A DNA stretch of 64,000 bases, taken from Catajapyx aquilonaris (Eukaryota). The notes below the pieces were generated by a model. It had not been told where the DNA came from. It saw nothing but the letters and a program-made list of their open reading frames with translations, and did no database searches. Below, piece after piece: positions 42,947-53,085 of this stretch (within the stretch, counting starts at the first letter, position 1; the number at the start of each line of letters is the position of its first letter). The stretch lies in assembly GCA_000934665.2 (NCBI GenBank), contig KZ538384.1, forward strand, positions 1-64,000. Reading direction: 5' to 3'. Position numbers and translations under genes: made by a program.

Positions 42947-45836
42947 GAATATGTGCATATCGCCACTTTGATTTCTACCAAATAATAAGCTAAGCTTCTA
43001 CCATATTATTTAAAGAAAATGTCCCTACAATTAACTTTGAGGCCTTAGTTTTAAGCAGATATCCTTATCATCATTACGGCTTGTAAATATTTGTCACATA
43101 ATTTGGGGGTGTACATAACACTTTTGGTAACGAGCTTACTGAAGCCCTGCAACAAAACGGAAAAAAAGCCCACTGCAAATGTCCACCAAAACCAAACACA
43201 GTCGGATAGCTCTCGGCTCTATTTTTAAAAATAAAGCAGCGAATCCCATTAGATTTGAAATGTTTCAAGCCGCGACAAATGGGGACAGAAACCACCAATC
43301 AATATGGAAATGATACTGATTACTCCCCCATGGCTGTGCACAGTGGTCACTAATTGACCTTGATAAATGAGCCAGTTTCCGGTTAGGAAAAAAAAAGCAC
43401 ATCGAAAAGGCATTAGTTGCATTTCAAGCATAGGCGGCTTCCATTATTAATATCAATATTTTCGGTTACCTGACTGTTTCGAGTATACCCAAATTTTAAT
43501 AGGTGCTGCAAACGTGATTTGTCATCGGTGACGATCATTGAGACGATGCAGAGAAAAATGTACATGAAAAATAAAACCCTCGTTTTGTCGTGATCGTCGC
43601 ATTTGTCGTCACTGCCAATAATTTTTAGTGTCCCATCGTGGGGACCATTTGTAGAGCCCATGAAGTAGCGTTCATATATTTTATGAAGTGTAGTGTACAG
43701 CATAGCCAGAAGCGTGTTCGCTTATTTTAACCGAAGAAGGGTGTAATATGTAAGGGAGAGAAAGAGAGAGGGAGAGAGAGAGAAAAGGAAAGAGTCGATG
43801 TCGTTTTTAGTTGTTAGGAAATAGGGTGAGAGAAAGAGAGAGAATGTGTGGTGGAAATTTCGCAGTGATGATGTGTGTGGAAGATTTTTTTTGCAAAAAG
43901 TATAGGGATCTTGTTACACACTTACAAGATGCATTTATCCATCCTTTTAACAATTGTTCAAATAGGTTGGTCTCATCGCAATGCGGTTTTTTTTAAAGAA
44001 TCGAATTGTTACTCAACCAAGATTTATGTCAGTGTTTAAAAAAAATAATAGGCAAAGTCAGGCTGTCCTTTTCACTTGAACTGGTGTCTAATAGTTTTGG
44101 GTGTCAACCGACTCGATAATGCAATTTTTCAAGTTACATTGCGGTCGTCATGATTACACTGACGAAAATACAATTGCAAGGAGTTAGCTGATAATATTAT
44201 CCAAAACTAACTGTGTGCTATTCATGTGAAAACGAAGTAAACATCACAATTACAGCATGACGGTCAATCAGTTATTTTTTCGTCGATTAAACAACACTCG
44301 CTAAAAACATGCCATATCTGAACAGGTCAACTGAAAGCGATGGAAATAACAACGTCGTCTTGTATTAAAAATAAATAAATAAATAAATAAAAAGAGTCGA
44401 AGCTCCATGTTTCCCCAGGAGTGAAAATTCCTATGCAAGTTTTACCAAGTTGGTTCAAATGTCTGCTACCACCTACCGTGGTCCTATTTTTTAACCTTTC
44501 CGGCCAGGTAGATGACCTCAATTCCCAAATGCCACTTGTTTCAATGTGCCAATCCAAACCTTTGCTCCCAATTGGTTTCAAATGTACGGTTTGACCAAAA
44601 AAAAAAAGGAAGAGAGGCCACAAACAACCCCCCTAAAAAAATTGTAAGCGCAATATGATTTATGGTAGGAAACAGTGTCAATCAACACAATATAATGTAA
44701 TGCAGTATATAATACTTTTTAGTGTTGTAAATATACTGGAAAATTTTTACCCGTCTGCGTATGGCACGAAAAGTTACATACCGGTACATACTAAAAATAG
44801 ACATGGTGTTATGAGTGATGATGGTTCAGCCAATAAACAAGTCCCCAGAGAGAATATTCATCTTCATTGCACGTTGTCTTACAGAATAGCATACACAATA
44901 GGTCAGGTCACCTACCTGTGGGCTTCCTGTAAGGCCGGTGCCCCCAACTGACTGGATGTGGACTGGATCGTCGACATGTAGAGGAAAGAGGAAGGGAGGC
45001 ACAGGAAGTGCAGCACTGACCCTTGGACTGAGTGAATGGTATGAAATGAAAGGGACACCTGCTTCCCTCCAAAAATGGCTGGCACGTGATTTGTCACGGT
45101 TGGAAATAAGAATTGTGGTCACTGCACCGCGGCCACAAATTTTTCTTATATAAGAAAGGGTCAAAGATATACAGACGATTCTTCTTGTAAACAGGGACGT
45201 TAATAATTATTATGCATAAGATCATGTGAATGTGGAAAAAAAAATACAGAGGAGGTACCATATATATGAAAATACAGGGAATGTAATGGATTGTCTTCAT
45301 CACATTGTCCTTTGGTATGATCCAATAGCATGAAACACGAATTCAATATACGTAAACTTAATACGAAAAAATAAATTTTGTAATTTTTTAGACATTTGAG
45401 ATCCGACTTGATTCATCGACTGCACTGCTGAATGTGCGAAGGAACATGCAAATTCCAAGGAAACCAGCACAAACATGGACAGAACCAATCAAACCTCTTT
45501 CCACATAAGAAAATAATTTATTTGATCCAAGGATCAAACATGGGACCTCAGAGGTGGAAGCATGCTGTACTGTACTTGCCCAATATGAAGTGAACAACTG
45601 TAGGCTACATGTAGAGTGCGTATGTGATCAAAACAGTACAAGAACACAAAAAATTAAACCCCAAACATTATGCCACAGCCACAATTTTTATTCTCACAGC
45701 TATAGCTCTCGACTCCAAAAAAATAACAATAAGATTACAGCACATCTACACCAGGTGGGCGGTGCCTAACATTTTTCTACATTTGGTGAGAGGGTTGTGA
45801 GCAGCTGGAGCCCCCTCCCCCTGCCCATTCGATGGA

Positions 45837-48800
45837 CTAGTACTTGGATTGCTTCTGCTTGAGGACAGCCTGGACACACTTCGCCATTGTTGGAGAGGCC
45901 CGACTGATGCTGTCTGTCATATAGAAATCCTCTAGGGCTTGGATTTTAGGAGTAAGGGGGTCTTTTGCCATTGTTGCCTTCACAGTCTGCAACGGAAATT
46001 ATTAAAAAAACGACAATGACGATAACATACATTTAAAAAATATATGCAAGTAATAACTGTACCTGACTAATCTGAGAACCCTGTGCAAAAAAGTTAGCCT
46101 CTTCAGCTTCCCCAAAGCGTGTTAAGCTAGGTGCCACTTCAGACATTCTCTGCCTGACCTCTTGCAATGTGTCGCAGGGCAGGGTCTGCCCCAGAATCTC
46201 AGACAAGGCCCTGATAATTTTCCAGTCCTCTCTGGCCATTCCAGGGGGAGTGACCGCCACATGCGTCTCCTGGGCCCTCCCTTCCACATTCACATACGTC
46301 GCCTGCTTCTCTGTGTAAGCTGCTCCAGGGAAGATGACATCCGCCATGGCAGCTCCCCTGTCTCCATGGTGTCCCTGGTAAATCACAAAGCAGTCCTTGG
46401 GGAGGTCTTCGCGGGTCACTGCTCCTTCATCAGCTCCCAGGAGGTACAGGACCTGAGGAGAGCCTGACCGAACTGCCTCGACCCCAGGGGTGTAGCCAAG
46501 GTCAAGGGCTGCTACTTGCGAGGCCACACGATGGAGGACGTTAAGCACTTTCCATTCAGGACCAGCCTGTAGATCAGAGAAGGATTAATGTTATTTTCAG
46601 TCTGTAAATGGTGGTTGCACTTCCGCGCGTCCATTCTATGAAAGTGCAAAAATCAAGTGGTGTATGACAATTTGCCTCTCACTTAATATATGCACACTAT
46701 AATTTATAATTGACATATACACAGGGACCTGAGTCAACCTGAGCAAAATTAACAAGGACCTTACAGCAGCAAATCAGCACAGAATTTCATATTCATTATC
46801 TACAAACCATTAATATATTACTTACCCCACATTTGGCCCTAACTGAATCTGCCAGCTTCTGCACAGATGCTAGCAATGCAGGAGCATCAGCCCTCTGCAG
46901 GGTGACAGAACCAACCACAATGGCTGGCTTCTTTGCACCTGCCAGAGCCTTTGCAAATTCGTGCTGTCCACTGGCAATCTGTTCCACTACGTCTGGTGAG
47001 TCACCAAGGTGTTCATAGTCGTAGGTGAGGTCAACAGGGGCTCCAACGAGGCCCACCCTCAGCTCACTCTGAATCCAGGCTTTGCGCACCCTAGCATTGA
47101 ACAGGGGGGCTTCAAACCTCGGATTCGTGCCAATAAAGAGGATGACGTCGGCCTCCTCCACGCCTGCTATGCCTGTGTTGAGGAGGTAATTAGAGCGAAG
47201 GTCGGTGCTGCCTGGGAACAGCTCTTCCGTGCAGGTGGCCTCTGACCCCAAGCGGTTGAGCAGGTCCTTCAGTGCGATGAGGGCTTCTGCATCAGCCATT
47301 CCACCAGCTACCACAGCAGTTTTGGGTCCAGCTGCCTTTATGGCCTTGGCTGCAGCCAGGAGAGCATCCTCCCATTCGACAGGGATCAGCTCTCCAGACG
47401 CATTCTTCAGCATGGGTGTTATCAGACGCTGTCGCTTAAGACCATCACAGGCGAAACGGGTCTTGTCACTGATCCACTCTTCATTGATCTCCTGCAAAAG
47501 GCATTTCCTTACTAAGAACACTTCATTGTGACGGCATTCTTACTGTACCTCATTGACCCTGGGCAGTATCCTGAGAACCTCGCCAGTCCTAGTGGTGACA
47601 ACTATATTGCTCCCAACAGCATCCAGTACATCAATACTCTCTGTGCTACGGGTTTCCCAAGGTCTGGCCATAAATGCATATGGTTTTGATGTCAATGCAC
47701 CAACAGGGCAGAGGTCGATCACATTTCCACTCAGCTCGGACATAATCATCTTCTCCACATACGTCCCCACCTGCATGTCAGACCCCCTCCCTGTGGTGCC
47801 CATATCGTCAAGTCCAGCAACCTCTGACGCAAATCGGATGCAGCGAGTGCAGTGGATGCAACGGGTCATAATAGTCTTAATCAGAGGACCAATATTCTTG
47901 TCTTCAACAGCACGCTTCCCAGAGAAGGCAATGTCGGTGAAGCGAGATCGATCACTCCCAAAGGCCATGGACTGGTCCTGCAGGTCACACTCTCCACCCT
48001 GGTCGCAAATGGGGCAGTCCAAGGGATGGTTGACCAGCAAAAACTCCATCACACCCTCTCGTGCCTTGCGAGTTAAGTCTGAGTTTGTCTTGATACGCCA
48101 ACCCTTCATTACCGGCATCGCGCAGGCTGCAACAGGCTGTAAACAAGGCAAAGATAATGACCTGCAATGTGATAATCTGGCAAAAAATACATACATACAG
48201 TATACAGTAGAACCTTGTACTTCGAACACCCCTAAATTCGAACATTCCAGAGTTCGAACGATGTTTCTAAGTTTGAATTATAAGCGCAATGAACAATGCG
48301 CTTGCTGCGTGAATGCCATCTGTTGTTTGCCCAAGTCGACTCTAACTCTCACTGTGAAAGCATCTCTTACGTTACACTCGTGGGTTTTCTATGCATTTAT
48401 CGCTGTATTTCTTGGTAGGTTTGGTAATACTATACTGTGTAATGGAAGGTGACTCTGCTTTCAATAACTTTTCTTTTCCTGTCCAACTTCCTCTCCACCA
48501 GCCCCACACGTCATCATCACTCCTCACGTGTACCGTAATTGCAATTTTCATGTTATTACACAGTATTTACATATTTTATTTCTTGTTTTAATTTATGATT
48601 TATGGCATATAACCTGTTATGTTTACCTTAAATTATGCATATTTAATGTTTAAGTTGATCAAAATGGGTATTGCTTAATAGGGTCTGGGAATTTATTAAG
48701 TCCAGGGATGGAAAAAGAACCGCTTCTTTGGGCGGTAAGCGGTTCTTTTTCTATCCCTGCACATGGAAAAAAGAAGCGCTTCTTGGAAGGAAGCGGTACT

Positions 48801-49346
48801 TTTTCCATCCCTGATTAAGTCACTTTCCATTATTTCTTATGGGAAATATTGATTAAGAATTTGAACAATTGGGAGTTCAAGCGACGTCCGGGAACAAATT
48901 AAGTTCGAAGTATGAGGCACCACTGTATAATGTTTCTCAGTGCATTTTGGCCCCCAACAAATTATTAATCAATTTATTTTATTATTAATGATGATGATCC
49001 ATCCCCTCACCTTTGCTGACTTCTCAACCTCAACGAGGCACATTCTGCAGTTCCCTGCAACTGAGAGACGCTCATGGTAGCAGAAACGCGGGATCTCGAC
49101 TCCAACCAACGCCGCAGCCTGCCAACAAACCGCAATGTTAACCTTTTCCTTTTTACCTGCACCAATAATTGCCTTTAGCATAGAACATGACTGCACCTGC
49201 AGCACTGTGGTTCCTGGCTCGACCATGACCGGCTTGTCATCTATGAAGACCTCTATCTTCTCCGGCGCCTGGGTCGACATCACCCGAGCCCCATTGCGGC
49301 TCCAGATGGGCCTGGTCAGAAGCCGTGTGGCCGGGGCCCTCAGCAT
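45837..49346 (-). CDS. NDUFS1: NADH:ubiquinone oxidoreductase 75 kDa Fe-S subunit, mitochondrial (721 aa, 6 exons)
   Basis: Exons 49346-49197, 49118-49011, 48136-47549, 47491-46826, 46566-46063, 45986-45837, all phase 0. Arg-rich presequence [12 protein letters not shown]; Fe-S motifs [37 protein letters not shown]...CPVGAL; C-terminal [24 protein letters not shown] on the minus strand at about 45687-45692. Confidence 0.97.
48205..48925. mobile_element. pogo/Tigger-like (Tc1-mariner superfamily) non-autonomous element in NDUFS1 intron 2
   Basis: Flanked by TA on both sides. Imperfect TIRs CAGTAGAACCTTGTACTTCGAAC (left) versus CAGTGGTGCCTCATACTTCGAAC (right, reverse complement), 17/23 identical. 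Subterminal TTCGAAC repeats. No transposase ORF. Confidence 0.7.
48703..48813. mobile_element. 111-bp hAT-superfamily miniature element
   Basis: 24-bp TIRs CAGGGATGGAAAAAG(A/T)ACCGCTTC with one mismatch, resembling the Ac/Ds terminus CAGGGATGAAA. Perfect 8-bp TSD ATTAAGTC at 48695-48702 and 48814-48821. Confidence 0.85.
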
Positions 49347-49953
49347 CTTCACCACAATACCTATCCTGTACACAACACATGTCAATTAACACCTCATCTT
49401 GAAACATATGTAAGGCGCTCTAATTAATTTACATTGCTTTTCAATGGGTCTGTTTTTTTTAGGATTCCTGTCAATTTCCGTGCATGACAATCTGGTCCGA
49501 ATCTGTGTGGGGGCGACCTAGTGTCGATGGAACTCGCAGGATTTGGAAGCAGACGTGCCTGGCCAAAGTTGGAAAATTCCCAATATTCGGAACAAACAAT
49601 CTGAAAAAAAAATCAGTCCACCATTACAGTCGGTGCAACAGTGTTGCAAGATGCAGCAAAGATTATCTAATGGTCGTACGACTCTATTTAAGCAACATAT
49701 TTAAGCTTGTTCATTTGAAATATACTCATAAAATAATTTTATAGTCCATATTGTGGCATTAAATTGTAAAACATGTTCGTTATTATGTGGCCTGGAATTT
49801 TGCCAAATTTATCAAATCGCTAATTTAACGATAGGAAGAATACTAACAGGATAAGTTACATTTGAAAAAAATTATTGCCATCATTTTTATCATTAACTAT
49901 TTTTGGTTATGGAAATGACCCGGTGCCATTCCCCACCTGGCAACCTTGCCCAG

Positions 49954-49975
49954 TCCCTCTTTCCTCTTCCTTTTT
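49954..49975 (+). promoter_or_regulatory. Polypyrimidine tract, probable TCT initiator / 5'TOP start of eEF1B
   Basis: TCCCTCTTTCCTCTTCCTTTTT lies 70-95 bp upstream of the eEF1B ATG. Translation elongation factor mRNAs are established TOP mRNAs. Confidence 0.6.
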
Positions 49976-50047
49976 GGGAACGTGTGTAATCCAGGCCGGA
50001 TCGCAGCTCTTCTGTACCTCAAAAACACGTTGCATTTAACTTCAGCC

Positions 50048-51177
50048 ATGGTGAACTTCGGCGACCTGAGCACCGAGGCGGGACTCAAGGCCCTCAACAA
50101 CCACCTGGGTGACAACAGCTACGTGGAAGGGTAATTGTCACAGATAAATGGACATTCTCATAAGCACCGCCCACTTTTTCGGGCCGGCAGCCAATCAGAA
50201 ACGGGCATTACAGCACTTATGTACTGCACACATGGTTTACACTTATTGCCAATATTTAATTAGTGTTAATGAATTATGGGTTTTCAGAGTGCAGGCATCT
50301 CAGGCGGATACCACTACTTTCGATGCCATCAAGTCAACCCCTTCGTCTGACCTGTGTCATGCTCATCGCTGGTACAAGCACATTCAGTCTTTCGGGGACG
50401 GCAGGAAGAAGTTTCCAGGAACTCCGTCCGATGCTGGGGCATCTGGGAATGGGAAGGCTGCTGCAGATGATGACGACGATGTCGACCTCTTCGGTTCAGA
50501 TGAGGTCAGATTTGTAGTGTCATCACTTGTGACAGTTAAAATAATGTGTGTTGTCTTCCCAGGAGGATACCGATTCTGCAAAGGTTCGTGAACAGCGCCT
50601 TGCAGAGTATGCGGCAAAAAAAACAAAGAAACCTGGTCCTATTGCCAAGTCCAGCATAGTTCTTGAGGTCAAACCCTGGGATGATGAGACCGACATGAAG
50701 GAGATGGAGTCCAAGGTCCGGTTGGTCGAGACTGACGGACTTGTGTGGGGAGCCTGTGAGTACTGCACCACCTTCACGCTGGCTGTGGTCTTCTCTTTTG
50801 CCATTTACTTCTTATTAGCTCTTCAGCTCTTGTCCTACTCCATTCCTGACTCGGTTTACTTTTCAACAATCATTCTGTTTTTCACTATCGCTCTCATAAT
50901 TACTATCTCCATTGCCTTCATTGCACTGACTTTCCTTACTTAAGACATGCTCAATACTATTCCAGGGTAATTCAAATTGAAACGTGTGCGACATGAAATG
51001 CAATGTTAAATAATTTTTGCAGCAAAGTTGGTTCCAGTCGGCTATGGAATCATGAAGCTGCAGATTATGTGCACTGTTGAGGACGAGAAAGTTTCAGTTG
51101 ACTGGCTCACAGAGGAGATCCAGAACTTTGAGGACCACGTGCAGTCTGTCGACATTGCAGCTTTCAACAAGGTGTAA
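50048..51177 (+). CDS. EEF1B2: Translation elongation factor 1-beta (eEF1B-alpha), 215 aa, 4 exons
   Basis: Exons 50048-50130, 50288-50504, 50563-50755, 51023-51177 (phases 2,0,1). N-terminal FGDL...[13 protein letters not shown]...RWYKHI, acidic [16 protein letters not shown] domain [19 protein letters not shown]...[21 protein letters not shown]...[12 protein letters not shown]. Confidence 0.96.
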
Positions 51178-51514
51178 ATGAAGCTGAACATTGTGCCAGA
51201 ATGTTGTTAAAAAGATAATTTGAAAAAAGAATCATGGATAACAACAAAAAATACATGACAAACATTTCTACCTTTGGAGTTTGCTGGTCTTTAACTGCCC
51301 CATGCCCTTTTTTTCATTTTCAGATTTTGCAGCATTGCTTGAGTGGGTACACAGGGTGTTCCAATAGTTGTAGTTGTACCAATGATAAGGAACAATTGAT
51401 AGGCCCTAGTTCAACATTTCTGTAACATCTGAAACTAGAGCAGTACAAATATGTAGCCCATGCTAAGTTTGCACAGTTTTTCTCTCTCTTTTCTCTCTTT
51501 TTTTTGTGGGGGGG

Positions 51515-51545
51515 NNNNNNNNNNNNNNNNNNNNNNNNNNNNNNN
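51515..51545. other. Assembly gap (N run) within poly-G
   Basis: Run of n flanked by G runs. Confidence 0.95.
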
Positions 51546-53085
51546 GAGGGGGGGGGGGTGTCCAGGCATCCTCTTCATACCTCTAACCACATGAAAACGA
51601 GTGGAAAAAATTAACTAGTCAGAATGATTCCACCCAATATTAGTCCAGATACATGCAGTCCTATCCCCATTTGACTAGTTTTTGTATGGTGGGAGAAACA
51701 TTACATACAGAGTGGCTCCCAAAATAGATGCGAATGACAGGTTTATACCCCAAGGCCCCTGACATTACTGTCATGTCCATTATTGTAGTTAATTGTTAGA
51801 ATAATTTACATTTCACACTGCCTCCCAAGCTGCTTTAGAAACATAACTTGCTGGCGTATTGACGAGTGGTTGAATGGTTTGAAAAGTGAATCCGGTTGTG
51901 TAGTTCCTTGTGAGATTTGCACCACCAAACTTTTCAGATTAGCTGGAAATCCAGCAGCCCACTTCCACAGGAAACATCGATAGTGAGCATCATCAATGAG
52001 TGAGTAAGGAAGGAAGCTGTGGCAATCCATGGAATCAGGTAACACCACAGAATCCTACACAGTTATTGCCACCTTTGGAGATTGAACCGAGAACTCCCAA
52101 ATGACTGCCTGAATTACTAGAAAACTATCTTGAGAGAGGGTAATTAAAAATGTGATAAGTTTTACCCTTCAACCATCTTACCATTCATCCCTTTGGCCTG
52201 CCTCACAGTGAAATGGATCAACTTCTCCGGTATGCATGACCTTCCAAGCATCGCAGTCAATTCGCACCCATTTCACCATCCACACTGTGAACAAGTGTTG
52301 AAGGATTCCGCCACTTCCTTTTCAGCGGGAGACCTGCCAGAATCAGGGCCATTGAGACCACGGAGATTACCCGAATCACTCAGTCGTTGATCAACAAGTA
52401 CCGGCTGCCTTCTCGAAAAACGATTTTGGTGTACCCTACCCTAGTTAAGCGAGTGTCAAATGCATACCACAGCTGACTATCACACGTTTCGTGTAAGGGA
52501 GAATGGGTACAGTATAGTCATATCCTGAATGATGGATGACCCTCTGCACTGCTAAGTCGCGCAGGATTGCTCTGATAAACAAATGTCTCTTGAACCTTCT
52601 GCAATAATAACCGTTCCTATATGTAATTAATGTAAACGCAGCATTACAGGCTCTCACTAAGTCCAATAATTACATGCTCCACCTTGTGAGTTGAAGCCAC
52701 GAAAATGTAATAGTCGTACGATAATGACGAACCGGTCTTCATACGCGCAAATCGCGTCATTTAGAGCTCGTGCACCAATGCGTGATATGCCAGACAACAA
52801 TCCATGTGGAACAAACGAGTCTAAGAAACCCTAGGAAGGGTGACGTCATGCCCTCCACACTGATTTGAGAAGGTGATGAGCACGCAGGAAAAAGGCTCGA
52901 CTGGTTGGTTCCATGAAAGGAGAAGAGGGCGGGATCCGGCTTATTTTATTCCACCCCTGCCCACTCTTTCCGGAACGAAGGACCCCCTCACTCCAACATA
53001 CATTATATACCAGACCCTACACACATATATGCCAGTCCACACTCGGATCCGGACACACACGCCGCTCCTCTTCAGAAGACCAGCC

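Noticed and set aside
47553..48452. 299-aa plus-strand ORF, the longest in the track
   Set aside because: Antisense shadow of NDUFS1 exon 3 running into the intronic MITE; no independent gene signals.
50131..50287. Possible intronic snoRNA in eEF1B intron 1 (vertebrate EEF1B2 hosts snoRNAs)
   Set aside because: No convincing C/D boxes or H/ACA two-hairpin layout by eye; would need an Infernal/Rfam search.
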